Source of the DNA: Octopus sinensis
Taxonomy: Eukaryota
Direction of reading: 5' to 3'
DNA length: 64,000 nucleotides
NCBI RefSeq assembly: GCF_006345805.1
Contig: NC_043004.1
Span: 92,690,001-92,754,000 of the forward strand
Numbering within the stretch: position 1 is the first letter of the stretch; each line of letters begins with the position of its first letter. The notes beneath the pieces were generated by a model that searched no databases, was not told the origin of the DNA, and was given only the letters and a program-made list of their open reading frames with translations. Shown one piece after another: positions 25,336 to 39,650 of the stretch. A program made the translations under genes and the position numbers.

Positions 25336-26095
25336 AAAAAAATATATATATATATATACATTTTGTTTATTTCCGTAAACCTGCCTTCGTCTTTTGTCTA
25401 TTTTCATAAAGCTTCCCGTTATATACACATATATATACACATATATATATATACAAATATACATATATACATATCTATATATATGTATGTATATATCTAT
25501 GTGTGTACGTGTGTATGCATGCATGTATTTATGTGTATATGCATGTATGTATGTATGTATGTATGCATTTGGATGGCAAATAAGGCCCCAATACATTTAG
25601 TTAAGTTTATTCGTTTATTTGAAGCTGAAACAGTATTAGCAACGAAAGTATGTTTGTCTCTGCGCGCGTGTGTGTGTGTATGTGTGTGTGTGTGTGCATG
25701 TGTGTATAAATATATGCACGCTCACATAAACAAGCACACGCGTGCGCACATATATATGTGTGTGTGTGTGTGCGTGTGTCTGCGTGTGTGTGTGTGTATG
25801 ACAAATAGATAAACCCCACTGCTAGTATTGATTACTCTTTCTCGAATTTCTGTACCCAGACATACATATATATACATATATATACACACATATATACATA
25901 TTCACTCACACACACACATATACACATACCACGTACATAAAATATATGTATATATACATATATATATATATTTATCTGCATAGACATATACATAAAAATG
26001 TATGCGTGTATGTATGTATGTATGTATGTATGTACATATATATATATATACATACATACATATATATATACACACATACATACATATATATATAT

Positions 26096-26160
<65 letters not shown>

Positions 26161-26206
26161 TATATTATATTATATTATATAATATATTATATATTATATA
26201 TTATAT

Positions 26207-26272
<66 letters not shown>

Positions 26273-26642
26273 GATGGAGTGAAAGTGAAGGGGAAGTGAG
26301 AGTGAGAGATGAACGTTGTATAGAGAGAGAGGTGAAGAGGCTGAGGTATAGAGAAATGAAGAGAGAGTGAGGGGGATGAGTTTTCTGCAATCAAAGCTCT
26401 TCGGCTCGTAAATCAATATCATTACTCATTTTGGCTAACATCACAGAAAGAAGCTCGAGGGATCAAAGAATGCAGAAGCAAAACAAAATACAGAGAAGGC
26501 GCACAAAAAAATTATATAAAGCATGACGAAAACGTATGACGAAAAGAAATATGAGGAAACGATGTGAACTGATTAGATGAAAGGAATCCGTTGATTGGAT
26601 AATCCAAGAGACCAGAGGAGAGGGGGGGGAATCAAATATAGT

Positions 26643-27536
26643 AATGTATGTATGTATGTATGTATGTATGTATGTATGCATGTATGTATGCATGTATGTA
26701 CGTATGTATGTATGTATGTATGCATGCATGCATGCATGTATGAATGTATGTAAGTATGTATGCATGCATGCATGTATGTACGTATGTATGTATGTATGTA
26801 TGTATGCATGTATGTATGTATGTATGTATGTATGCATGCATGTATGTATTTATGTATTTATGTATGTATGTATGTATGTATGCATGTATGTATGTATGTA
26901 TGTATGTATGTATGTATGCATGCATGTATGTATGTATGTATGTATGTATGTATGTATGTATGTATGCATGCATGCATGTATGTATGCATGTATTATGTAT
27001 GTATGTATGCATGTATGCATGTATGCATGCATGTATGTATGTATGCATGCATGCATGTATGAATGTATGTAAGTATGTATGCATGCATGTATGTATGTAA
27101 GTATGTATGTATGTATGTATGTATGTATGTATGCATGCATGCATGCATGTATGTATGCATGTATGTATGTATGTATGTATGTATGCATGCATGTATGCAT
27201 GCATGTATGTATGTATGTATGTATTTATGTATGTATGTTTGTATGCATGTATGTATGTATGCATGTATTATGTATGTATGTATGTATGCATGTATGTATG
27301 TATGTATGTATGTATGTATTTATGTATGTATGTTTGTATGCATGTATGCATGCATGCATGTATGTATGTATGCACGTATGCATGTATGCATGTATGTATG
27401 TATGTATGTATGTATGTATGTATGTATGTTTGTATGTATGTATGCATGCATGCATGTATGCATGTATGTATGTATGCATGTATGTATGCACGTATGCATG
27501 TATGTATGTATGTATGTATGTATGTATGTATGTATG
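26643..27536. repeat. (TATG/CATG)n array, about 0.9 kb
   Basis: Directly visible. Confidence 0.97.
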
Positions 27537-27821
27537 AGAAATGAACGTGTAATGAATAACTCGAGATATATATACAGAAGTAAGTATTGACAAAATTCTG
27601 AAAACTTATATACATTAAATATGGCTTATTGTGATCACTTTCAGACGAAACCTTCCTAATTCTGGTGACAATAAATGTTTAATAATAATATTCGTGATAA
27701 TAAAGATCGGCCTATTACTGTATATTTCATTGTTTGTCTATTTTTAATTTCCAGTATATTTCACGTAGGACCCACTGCTACACTGTGATATATGAGCTGC
27801 TGCTGCTAATGCTACAGCTAC

Positions 27822-28270
27822 TGTTGGTGTTGTTGTTGTTGTGGTGGTGGTGGTGGTGGTGGTGAGGGTGGTGGTGGTGTTGAGGGTGGTGGTGGTGGTC
27901 GTCGTCGTGGTCGTCGTCGTGGTGGTGGTGGTGGTGGTGGTGGTCGTCGTCGTCGTCGTCGTGGTGGTGGTCGTGGTGGTCGTGGTGGTCGTGGTGGTCG
28001 TGGTAGTGGTCGTGATGGTGTTCGTCGTGGTGGTGGTCGTGGTGGTGGTGGTGGTGGTGGTGGTTGTCATGGTGGTGGTCGTCGTGGTGGTCGTCGTGGT
28101 GGTCGTGGTGGTGTCGTCGTGGTGGTCGTCGTGGTGGTGGTCGTCGTGGTGGTCGTGGTGGTGGTCGTCGTCGTGGTGGTCGTGGTGGTGTTCGTCGTGG
28201 TAGTGGTCGTGGTGGTCGTGGTGGTGGTCGTGGTGGTGGTCGTGGTCGTCGTCGTCGTGGTGGTGGTTGT
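27822..28270. repeat. (GGT/CGT)n array
   Basis: Directly visible. Confidence 0.97.
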
Positions 28271-28476
28271 TTAGTCCCATGTCAACCACGCTCAAGCTTT
28301 GCTGTTATATACCGTTTTTGCTTTGGGTTTTTCTTTTTTGTTTTTTACTTTTTTAGTTTTGTTTCTGTTATTGTTTTCCTCTGACGATATATATTTTTAG
28401 TACCACATTATTATGTGAATTCTTCGTTCTTTAGGGCAATAGCGTACAGTTTGAAACAAGTTTATCTGCCATACTA

Positions 28477-28820
28477 GTCTCTTTTACTTGTTTCAGTCAT
28501 TTGACTGTGGCCATGCTGGAGCACCGCCTTTAGTCGAGCAAATCGACCCCAGGACTTGTTCTTTGTGAGCCCAGTACTTATTCTATCGGACTCTTTTGCC
28601 GAACCGCTAAGTGACGGGGACGTAAACACACCAGCATCGGTTGTCAAGCAATGCTAGAGGGACAAACACAGACACACAAACACACACATACATATATATA
28701 CACATATACGACAGGCTTCTTTCAGTTTCCGTCTACCAAATCCACTTACAAGACACTTGCCCAAGATGCCACGCAGTGGGACTGAACCCGGAACCATGTG
28801 GTTGGTTAGCAAGCTACTTA
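28477..28820 (-). mobile_element. SINE group A with internal deletion
   Basis: Reverse complement of the group A consensus; a further 3' part lies at 29215-29470. Confidence 0.85.
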
Positions 28821-29469
28821 CCACACAGCCACTCCTGCGCCGACAATTTTACTAGCGATTTGTTTATATTTTGATCGGCCCGCGAGGCATCAAGCTGACA
28901 GAATCAGTAGAGCGTCGAAAGCATACTTTGCTATATTTCTTCCGGTTGGCTACATTCTGAACTCAAAATCTGATACAGGTCAACTTTGCCTTTCATTCTT
29001 TCGGGGTTGGTAAAATGAAGTACCAGTCATGTACTGGGATCGATTGTATCGACTCTCCACTACCTTAAAATTGCTAGCTTGTTTCAAAAACAGAAGCCAT
29101 TTTTAACATTCCCTGCTATAGAAGCTTTTTAATAATTTGTTTCTTTTGTTTTTGAGATCTTTTTGTTGTTGTTGCTTTTTGGGTGGAGGTCTTTTTATCC
29201 TTTCCTTTTCCTTTTATCCTTTTACTTGTTTCAGTCATTTGACTGCGGCCATGCTGGAGCACCGCCTTTAGTCGAGCAAATCGACCCCAGGGCTTATTCT
29301 TTGTGAGCCTAGTACTTATTTTTTCGGTCTCTTTTGCCGAACCGCTAAGTTACAGGGACGCAAACACACCAGCATCGGTTGTCAAGCGATGTTGGGGAGA
29401 CAAACACAGACACACAAACACACACACATACACACACACACACACACATGTATATATATATATACGAGG

Positions 29470-29699
29470 GGCTTCTTTTGCTGTGTTTTCTTTTCTTTTA
29501 TAAATTGACTGACATCACAGGAGTTGAAATAATTTTCAGTTATTTTTTCAAGCAACGAAACATGACTGTTGACGATGCTATTGAGCGAGTGCGAAATCCC
29601 AGAAGCAGTTTTGAAAGCCTTTTCAACCGAAATTATTCTGTCTTGATATATAAAAACATTGATACCCAGTTTTTTGCTCGTGAAAACACCAGAGTGTGA
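29470..29699 (+). pseudogene. Possible decayed dual-specificity phosphatase (DUSP23-like) C-terminal fragment
   Basis: TGVEIIFSYFFKQRNMTVDDAIERVRNPRSSFES resembles DUSP23 [34 protein letters not shown]; no intact HCxxGxxR. Confidence 0.35.
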
Positions 29700-29831
29700 T
29701 TTATCTGCTATTTCTTGTTTTGTTCCACTAAGCACAAGAAGGCTCCCTCATTGACGAAAGGCTGAGCAACCGTGAAATAGTTTAAGTTTGAGTAGATTCG
29801 GGGAGTGTGTGTGTGTGTGTGTGTGTGTGTG

Positions 29832-29871
<40 letters not shown>

Positions 29872-29899
29872 CTCAGAAAATGAGACTTTCTAAAGAAAA

Positions 29900-31701
29900 A
29901 TTTCAGCCTACATGTTAATGTCGTCGTCCTGAAAGCAATCAGTTTCCCTCAAAGGGAAAATGATAAGTTAGAAGTAAAAACGATTTTTTAAAAGACATCT
30001 TATGTCCCATTCTTTCATAAAATTTCATTATATCATAGTTCACTGAAGTTTTCATCTCTGTGATTCTTAAGAAAATTTTTTTGCAACTTCGGTAAAGGAA
30101 ATGACCAGACTCGCAGGTTTGTTTCATTTAGATTCGAAGGAATGGTAGGTTGCAGATGACACAATAGATCTGTGGTTAGTGAAATCTCCAGCTTCTAATT
30201 TTGTGTCTGTTTGTATTTCATAGTATTTTCTCCTTTAAATATTGAAGACTACTAGCTTGACGCAGTAAGGCAGATTTAAGATTCACTTTATTGAAGCCAA
30301 TGAAGTTTCCATTCTTAAAAATCGCCGTTGCAACCAATCTCTCACACAAAACCTCTACTATCGTGACAGAAGCAATCATTTTTCTCCTGTAAGTAAAATT
30401 ATGAATCTTAGTGGAAGCACTCCGTCGGTTACGACGACGAGGGTTCCGGTTGATCCGAATCAACGGAACAGCCTGCTCGTGAAATTAACGTGTAAGTGGC
30501 TGAGCACTCCACAGACACGTGTACCCTTAACGTAGTTCTCGGGGATATTCAGCGTGACACAGAGAGTGACAAGGCCGGCCCTTTGAAATACAGGTACAAC
30601 AGAAACAGGAAGTAAGAGTGAGAGAAAGTTGTGGTGAAAGAGTACAGCAGGGATCACCACCATCCCCTGCCGGAGCCTTGTGGAGCTTTAGGTGTTTTCG
30701 CTCAATAAACACTCACAACGCCCGGTCTGGGAATCGAAACCACGATCCTATGACCGCGAGTTCGCTGCCCTAACCACTGGGCCATTGCGCCTCCACAAAA
30801 TTATGAATATACCAAATGACGATGGCGAAAATAAGGAAGAATGATGTTAGGCTGAAGAATATTCCACTCTTGAAGTTTGAAACCAAGTAATTCTAATTTT
30901 TTTTCGTTTCTTAATTTGAAATCACTCACCAAGTCATTTAATTAGGAAGATGAGAGGAACTATCTACATCTAAAGCACAAGAGTTTTCCTTCTTTGCTTC
31001 CATATTACTAACTGCATCATCAAAAGAACTATTGTCTGCGATTGTTGTTGATGGGACTAGCAGTAGCTTTCCTTGTCATGTAGAAACTGGTTTTTACTGA
31101 TTGGCAGTTTGGGTAGTTGATCTTTGATTTATTTTTCTCTGTGAAAACTAAATATATGTCGCACAAAAATAATGATTTGTGAGCTCTCACAAAATCATGA
31201 CCACTGTGAATAGCATAGTTTTTCTTAAAACAAGTCAACCATGCTGTTGTTATTGCATTGCACTGCACACAGCAAATATGTGAATCTCGGTCCCTTTCAT
31301 GGGCTCCTGCCTTACTTCAAAATATTATTTGTAGTCAAGTTTCATCCTTTCTGTTGTCGCTGTTTCTTTGCTTCCACCGATCTATATTGTTCGTAGACAA
31401 AACAGAAGTTGTTTGGTTAAATAACACGAACACATCTAGTCGATGCCAATCTGAATTAGTAGACAAGATCTGAAAAAAAGTAATTAGTATATTCACGTGG
31501 TATGTCTGCCTTGTCACGTGAAAAGAAGCAAGACTCTGTATTGATCTCAGTGTACATACAAAATAACTAGAATTTAATTAGAGTCTGATTTACCACACAA
31601 GATCTGAAAAAGTATTTAAGACATGTCCGACCTCTCACTTCGAAAACAAGTGCGACTACGTATTGATCTTAATGTATGCACAAAACAACAAGAATTTAAT
31701 T
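29900..31701 (-). mobile_element. Decayed DNA transposase relic, Chapaev3-like (CMC superfamily)
   Basis: Frameshifted blocks in the expected order: DRDSHICCVQC, KNKSKINYPNCQS, NDLVSDF..LELLGFKLQEWNIL, FCHD..EWKL/FIGFNKVNLKSALL, FLKNHRDENFSEL..YERMGHKMS. Family name is from memory of the consensus. Confidence 0.7.
30411..30796 (-). mobile_element. SINE group B, tail 1, inserted in the transposase relic
   Basis: Full length; TSD aaaattatgaat. Confidence 0.9.
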
Positions 31702-31959
31702 TCACAGAATCGAATTTGATGGAAAAATAATTCTAAATAGAGATTTAAAATAAGTACAACAAAATTATCACAAAGCATCTATTTGTTTTCCTGTAAGATA
31801 AATCTTTGTTACCTAATATTATAGATACAAATGTAAATAAGCAGTCTAGGATGAGAAACTGAGTAGTAGGCTTTGAAGTAACTGTCGGTAAATATTTCTC
31901 TTTTTCATTGATTCTGAAATAAATGTATATATCTACTAGGCAATTGATCTCTTTAAATG

Positions 31960-34120
31960 TACATACATTTTTTTCTGTTCCAAATAACTATACCAAGCTT
32001 GCAACGTTTGCATTTGGCAGAAGTTTTTATGAGAAAATCCCACTCTAATATGTCTTGTACTGAACCGTATGTATGGGGAACAGATATATTTTCTCTATTT
32101 AGTTCAGTTGAGTCTTTGCTTTGTATATTATTTTCGTTGTAACATCATGACGCATTATACCTAAATGATATATTCTGAGATCAGTTTCTGGTGACACGGG
32201 TAACACCTTTCACAGAAATGTGACAAAATCGATATTTCCGATCACATCTTGCACGTTTGAATTCTTCGTTGTCCTTTTCCTCCAACATGTATTTTGTAGT
32301 CATCTATGGTTCTTGGATTCCAAAGCATAGCTTTCAGGATGTAACGTTATAGCGGTCAAGAGTTCTAGGGAGTCTACATACACTTCCTGTTGATATCATC
32401 CCCTACTTCACGAAAAACATCCATATATAATCTTTTTTGGAAAGCGGAGTGCTTTCCACATTGAATATCATCGAGATCTGAGTATCTTTTGAGGAGTCCC
32501 ATGATGGTCATAAGGTGTTTTTCCCTTCACTTTTGAGCACTTGGTTAATGTATTTGTTTTTTGGTACCGTTGTTTAGCAGATACTGTCTGAGTGACACGG
32601 ACTGATTTAAACTTTTATTTTAATGTCTGTGGAAAAAAATTTCCTCTATCGACGAACCAAATATCGAAAACATTGGTAGTAATATTGGCACTGCAAATAC
32701 ATTGTGGGATATTGTCTTGTAATCTCCGACTGCCATATTGTTTTAAGTCTAGTATAACATTCAGTAGTCAACCAATCATTCTATGTAGCGTTTTTATATG
32801 TCATACATTTTGTAGTGAAGAAGGAGCACTCCGTCGGTTACGACGATGAGGATCCCAGCTGATACGATCAACGGAACAGCTTGCTCGTGGAATTAACGTG
32901 CAAGTGGCTGAGCACTCCACAGACACGTGTACCCTTAACGTAGTTCTCGAGGAGATTCAGCGTGACACAGAGTGTGACAAGGCCGGCCCTTTGAAATACA
33001 GGTACAACAGAAACAGGAAGAAAGAGTGAGAGAAAGTTGTGGTGAAAGAGTACAGCAGGAGCCTCGTGAAGCTTTAGGTGTTTTCGCTCAATAAACACTC
33101 ACAATGCCCGGTCTGGGAATCGAAACCGCGATCCTACGATCGCGATTCTGCTGCCCTAACCACTGGGCCATTGCGCCTCCACACATTTTGTAGTACACAG
33201 TGTGAAACACAGAAGGTAAAAAGACTATTGATGTAAATGTCTGGGAAGCGTCTTACTTTTTCTCCCTGCGTTCAAATAACAAATATGACCATTTCTTTCA
33301 GCCAGATTCTATTCCTATAAAAACTAAAAACGTTGATTCTAAATCCAGCTGCTTTTCAGACCTGTATATAGCCTAGTACAGATCTTTAGGACGTCCGTGA
33401 AGATATCATGGATTACATTAATGTCTCTTGTGAGTTTTATACAAGAGGTTTTAACATTAAATTCGATATTTTCTTTCAGTAATGAAGTCACTCTATCAGA
33501 AGGATTATTGTTTTTTCACATCAGACAGCTCTGCTTTGTTGATTAAAATTTGTTTCGGCTCATTCACACATTCTTTCTACCTGCCTGATTGTTAACCACT
33601 ACTCTGATGCATAAGGTTGTCGAAGAAGTTCGTTCGTTTTTTTGGTGGGGGGTGTTTTCCATTTATTTTAATCTTTTCCAATATTTTTTGAATTAGCACC
33701 AAAAATATTCTTACTGCAGTGTTTTATATTCTTTTGTAGCGCTATTCTTCATCTACAGCTTTCATTTATGAAACTTAAATAAATTTTACCTCTTTACAGA
33801 CATAAGACGATGGTGTGCTAAGAAGGAAAAAAAAACGAACGAATTTATCTGAGAACCCAATACGTGCCGGTATCTTGGAAGAATTGATTAAAAGAACTTA
33901 TGTAAAGTTTATACATAATGCTTAACCAAGCAATAGGTCTAAAGTTTTCTGCCAAGTCATTGTTTTCGTTCTTGTCTACAAGATTTGTCCGTGCTTTGGC
34001 AAGCCAAAATAATTTTGTCAATCTGGCATTCAGTAGATGTTTAAATATTCATGTAGTGACTTCCTTTACAACGTCAACTTCTTGTCCCCGTATACAACTA
34101 TTAGATCTTTCGTTATTGGT
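31960..34120 (-). mobile_element. Decayed Dong/R4 retrotransposon, RT to RHD region
   Basis: AENFRPIAWLSIMYKLY, ECYTRLKTIWQSE, KTISHNVFAVPILLP, MRHDVT; same subfamily as 58310-59010 and 61375-61860. Confidence 0.8.
32823..33182 (-). mobile_element. SINE group B, tail 1, with internal deletion
   Basis: TSD acattttgtagt. Confidence 0.9.
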
Positions 34121-34125
34121 ATGTA

Positions 34126-34342
34126 CGAGGGGGTGGTGAAAAGTTCCTGGCTTTAAAGGTGTTGCGAAAAGTCTGGTTGGAGGCCCAAGCTTCTGGATTC
34201 TTTTACAGGGCTTAGAAAAACTGAAGGACCGCTGCCATAAGTGTGTGAATCAGAGAGGGAAATATGTTGAATAAAATCATAATTAACTGATCCTCCTGTA
34301 TTTTCTTTTATCCAAAGCCAGGACTTTTTCAGAACCCTTTCG
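34126..34342. mobile_element. Mariner-derived MITE
   Basis: About 28-bp imperfect TIRs (cgaggggg..tgaaaagttcctggcttt / aaagccaggactttttcagaaccctttcg) and TA flanks. Confidence 0.8.
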
Positions 34343-34369
34343 TAAATATATATGTTTGAGCATATATGC

Positions 34370-34436
<67 letters not shown>

Positions 34437-35147
34437 TGTGTGTGTGTGTGTCTGTGTCTGTGTCTGTGTCTGTATGTTAAGCTGGAAAATACATCGAGAA
34501 GTTTCAAAGGCTTTAATATATTTTGCCTACTTTTATATTTATTCAAGATACCATTATGTATGTGTATGCGTATGTATGTGTATGTATATATGTAGGTACG
34601 GACGTATGTATGTATGTACATTGGTATGTAAGCATGTATAAAAGTAGGTGTCATGTATGTATGTATGTATGTATGTATGTATGTATGTATGTATGTATGT
34701 ATGTATGTATGTATGTATGTATATATGTAGGTACGGACGTATGTATGTACATGTGTATGTAAGTATGTATAAAAGTAGGTGTCATGTATGTATGTATGTA
34801 TGTATGTATGTATGTATGTATGTATGTATGTATGTATGTGTGTGTGTGTGCATGAATGAACCTTCATGGTTCAACGGAGAGGAAGCCAACAGCAGTAATA
34901 GAATGTCTGGTGCACAGAGCAAGATGAAGCAAGCAAGACAGATTGGTAATCCACAGAATCTGTTTCAATCTCCAGTCGTCTTGATCTGGTCTTGCCATTT
35001 GATCGAAGAGGATTACGGACGAGAGAGTGAGGTTGATAGTGCGCAACTCTTCATCATTTTAAACAAAATTACCTCACAAGCTATCAGTCATACTTAGGAT
35101 CCTAGTCGTCGCTCCGAAAGACGAACATGAATATGTCTCAACGAAAT

Positions 35148-35530
35148 GGATGGATGGATAGACGGACGGACGGACGGATGGACAGACGGACGCACACACG
35201 CGCGCACGCACGCACTGACGGACTGATGGATGGATGGATGGATGGATGGATGGATGGATGGGTGAGTGGATGGATGGATGGATGGATGGATGGATGGTTT
35301 GATGGATGGATGGATGGTTTGATGGATGGATGGATGGATGGATGGATGGATGGGTGAGTGGATGGATGGATGGGTGAGTGGATGGATGGATGGATGGATG
35401 GATGGATGGATGGACGGGTGGATGGACGGACGGATGGATGGATGGATGGATGGATGGACGGATGGATGGACGGACGGATGGACGGACGGATGGATGGATG
35501 GATGATGGATGGATGGATGGGTGGATGGCT
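35148..35530. repeat. (GGAT/GGAC)n array
   Basis: Directly visible; similar array at 51470-51810. Confidence 0.95.
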
Positions 35531-35984
35531 GAGTGGTTAAGAAGTTCGCATAGTGAATTATGAAATCCTGAGTTCGATCTTTCTGTGAGGCATTTTGAAT
35601 AAGAGTCTTTTAGTGCATCTACTCAGTTGTCAGGCTGAAATGCATCTGGTATTCTCGCCGCTAGCTGCTGCCGGGGCGACTTTTCGTTACCCTCCGGTAT
35701 AAATCATTTCCACAAGAGATTTTATCTCGGACGAAAACCGCAGTAACTTGCCTATCAAAGGTGTATTTGCCTTAAGTATGATACTATATCTACCTCTGAG
35801 AGTCCTCTGGCTTATTTTGTCTCAGGTCATCTCTGATATCAGACAATCAAAATTATTCCAACAATGACTCTCCTTCATATTTTCAGACAGTATATATCTA
35901 GAATTACATTATCTTGTGCGTCCTTTTAAAAAAATACTGTAAGAAGTGACTTGAAGTAGATTCGGTAATCGCCCGAGCAAGCAC

Positions 35985-36375
35985 CTTTGCTGTTGCTGTT
36001 GATGTTGAGCGAACGGTCTTCGTCCCAGAGCTCGCAACATGGGAGAAGTCCGAAACGTGGTCCTTTTTCTATTCGTAAGACCCGCAGAAGAGAAAGCAGG
36101 TCAACCCCCGACACCGAGAGCATCGACTGATGGATGGATGCGCATCCAGGCTCAGCGGTTGCGTAGGAAGTCGGAGACAAGAAACAGGAAGAAAGAGTGA
36201 GAGAAAGTTGGGGCGAAAGAGTACAACAGGGGTGGCCACCACCCCCTGTCGGAGCGTCGTGGAGCTTTAGGTGTTTTCGCTCAATAAACATACACAACGC
36301 CCTGTCTGGGAACCGAAACCGCGACTCTCCGACCGCGAGTCCGCTGCCCTAACCACTGTGCCATTGCGCCTCCAC
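35985..36375 (-). mobile_element. SINE group B, tail type 2
   Basis: Group B 5' module then an unrelated 3' part ending in (CAA/CAG)n; second copy at 43700-44032. Confidence 0.85.
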
Positions 36376-36724
36376 TGCTGTTGCTGGTGGTACTAGTGGC
36401 GCTGCTGGTCATAATTCTAGTAGTTACCGTCATCGTCGTTGTGGTAGTGTTGCTGCTGCGGCTGCTGCTGCTAGTGCTTGTGGCTGTGATGTTTAGTCTT
36501 AAGCAATCCCTGTTCAAGTAGATCTGTCACCAAAGGCTGTCCCAACTGTGATATCCCCATCACATTATTCTCTGTACACTTCCTTTTTTAACGCAGTATG
36601 ATTTTAAAGATATTTGAGTACTATTTCTAATAGGTCTAGTGACCACATAGACGCTAACTATCCATGGTTTATTCCTCCATGGTTCTTTTTACTGCAAGGT
36701 GAAATAATATATAATATAATATAA

Positions 36725-37195
36725 TAAAAACATTGTGTACAGTGCTCAGGTGCACTACAACTCATCTAAAGTGTATGTATAATCAGGTGTAGTCTCGGCG
36801 GATTTCGGAAAGCATGAGGGCCTTAAAGGATGCAGTGTCAACAACTGATGCAGGCAGTTTGTTCCATGCTTCAGCAACTCTGAGCGTGAAAAAATGTTTC
36901 CGAAAGTCATGGGAGCTGTGCTGTTTTCTGACTTTGTAGGCATGTCCACGTGTGTTAGACACATGGAGATCAAAAAGGTGTTCAGTGTTGTTGTTGGTGA
37001 GGTGGTTGATAACTTTGTGGGTGTTTACTAAGTCCATCGCCAGACGCCGGAGCTTCAGTGAATCCATGCCCAGGGAAACAAGGTGCTCAGAGTATGGTAG
37101 GTGTCTGATGGAGGGTATGCATTTGGTTGCACGTCTCTGAACAGATTCCAGGAGGTCAATGTTCTGAGCAAGATAGGGGTTCCAAACTGAACAAG
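36725..37195 (-). mobile_element. CR1-clade LINE 3' end
   Basis: VWNPYL..IDLLESVQRRATK...LRRL..DL...TRGH..K...RKHFFTLRVAEAWNKLP. Confidence 0.9.
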
Positions 37196-37239
37196 TAAAG
37201 TGCAACATGTCTAAAGACCATTCTTCAACAGCTCCATAG

Positions 37240-37655
37240 TAGTAATGGTAGGTAGTCCATCGATGTCTGATGACGGCAATGAAGTCTGTGTTCTCAGCGA
37301 TGAGAGTGCATGTGACTTCGCACCCCAAAGCTGGAAGCACACAGGCGCCTACAGATGTCACAGCGATGGTCTGTTGACTGGATTGAGGTGGATGCTGCTC
37401 AGTGACGTCTTTCTCTTGCAGCATCGGGACGTTGTCACCGGTCCTCTTTGAAGGCAGCTGCTGATCGTGAGGTGAGAGATTTCCACGTTGATCTGTCTGT
37501 AGCAGAAGCTTCGAGTTCGCGTGTCTAATGCCGCTCCATTTGAGGTTACTTTTCAGAGTCTCTTTGTACTTCAGTTTACATCTTCCTCGTTTGTGTGGGC
37601 CCTGTGTGAGCCCACCGCACAACAGCTCTCCGGGTACATGGTCGTCAATCATTTA
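37240..37655 (-). mobile_element. RTE (BovB-like) LINE 3' end
   Basis: PGELLCGGL..G...RGR.KLKYKETLKSNLK and a terminal CxxC...SH finger in a shifted frame. Confidence 0.75.
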
Positions 37656-38675
37656 CCGTTTAGTCCCACTCACGCTTGTTCTTGTTGCTATGGCTTAAAT
37701 GAAGATATTGGCCAAACTGTATGACTTTCTGTAGGGGAAGGGAGTTATTTTAAAACCATAGACTTGGCCCTAATCTTCGCAGTCGAGTGTATTTCCAAAA
37801 ACGCTCCAAAAGGCTATGTACATGATGGTGGTATACAGGGTGACAGATTAAGTCAATTACTCAACAAAAGCAACAATCACTCACACAGGCTTCCCCACAG
37901 TTTCCGTCTAACAAATTTCATTTGCAAAGCGTGACTCGAATGAGGCTAGAGCAAAAGACCCTGACCCCACCCAAGATGTTACGTTGAGGGATCGAACCCG
38001 ATATAGAATGTTTGCAAACGAGCTTCTTAACCTCTTAGTCATGCCTCTGCAATTTTTACTTCCACACTAATGACAATTATATTTAAAATAATTAGTTTAT
38101 TAAAATCCATTAAATTATATTGTATTTCACAAATTATTTCTTATTTTATAACGCTAATTACATTAATATTAATAAATCATATTGGAGAATACTAAATTTT
38201 ATCGAACCATTAATTTCTTCATTTTTATCTCTTTTTTTTTTTGTTTTTGTTGCTTAGTGTTTTGTTTAGGATTTTTGTTTCGCTTCTTTTTTTTTTTCTT
38301 TGATTGTATTTTGTATTTTCTATTTCATTCTGATTTTTTTTCAATTCGAACTTCATTATGTTACTTAATTATTTTTTTATACTAATTTAACAAAATTATT
38401 AAATTGCTTTGTATTTGAGAAATTATTTTATATTTCATGATGCTAAATTTATACATATTACAATACTAATTTAGTATTTACTAAATAATTAACACAACTC
38501 GAGATATTTTGTATTTATGGGTGGACAGCGAAATCACTGGAACTTTGGTCACAACTGATGCATGTGTGTGTCTGTCTGTGTGTCTGTGGTTCTCTGTGTG
38601 TGCTCAAGCGCACGCACACGCACACATACGCACGCACACGCACACACACATACATGCGTATGTATATACATACAG

Positions 38676-38706
<31 letters not shown>

Positions 38707-38897
38707 CATATGTGTCTGTGTGTGTGTGTGTATGCATATATACATGTATATGTATATATACTATTATTATTTTATGCATTTTAGCCCAGAGTCTGTGGCC
38801 GTGCTGAGACACACCCATGTATGTATATGTGTGTGCGTGTGTATTATGTATGTATGTATGTATGTATGTATGTATGTATGTATGTATGTATGTATGT

Positions 38898-39650
38898 ACA
38901 AGGTGGTATCCAAAAGTTCTCAGACTAGTTCTGTATCGCGTCAACAGATCAGGAAGATCCGCCACGAGCATCACACCCGAAAATGTGGAGAAAATTGGTC
39001 AGCTTGTGCATCAGCATCGGAGGAGGATAATCAACGACATTGTTGATATTGTTGGTCTGTCGTATTGGTCTGTGCAGGCAATCCTAACGTCTGAATTGAA
39101 CATGCGACGTGTCTCTGTCAAGTTTGTCCCCTGCTTGCTGACCACTGAGCAGAAAGGACCATCGCATCAAAGTCTGTCAAGATTTCCGTCAGCGTGCCGC
39201 TGATGACCCATCCTTCATGTCGAGGATCATCACTGGTGACCGGAGATGGATCTACGGGTACGACCCTGAGACGAAGCAGCAGTCATCACAATGGAAGAGC
39301 CCTTCCTCTCCACTACCGAAGAAGGCTCGACAGAGCCGCAGCTCAATCAAGAGCATGCTCATCGTCTTTTTCGACATTCACGGTTTTGTACGTCGAGAAT
39401 TCCCTTCCCCGGCGTCAGACCGTCAATCGAGAGTTCTACTGCGACGTTTTGAAACGTTTGAGAGAGGACATTCAGCGAAAGCCACCAGATTTGTGGAGTA
39501 CGAAGAATTGGATTCTTCACAAGATACTCTGTCACCGATATCTCCTCACATGGTATCGCTTTGGCACCTCACCCCTATTCGTCAGATTTAGCACCTGCAG
39601 ATTTCCATCTCTTCCCCTAGATGAAAACGCAACTGCCGTTTTAACACCGT
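38898..39650 (+). mobile_element. Decayed mariner transposase with deletions
   Basis: RSGR...KFVPCLLT, RIITGDRRWIYGYDPETKQQSSQW, SDLAPADFHLFP. Confidence 0.9.

Noticed and set aside
36783-37652. 289-aa ORF
   Set aside because: Chance in-frame join of an RTE 3' end, partly out of its native frame, and a CR1 3' end.
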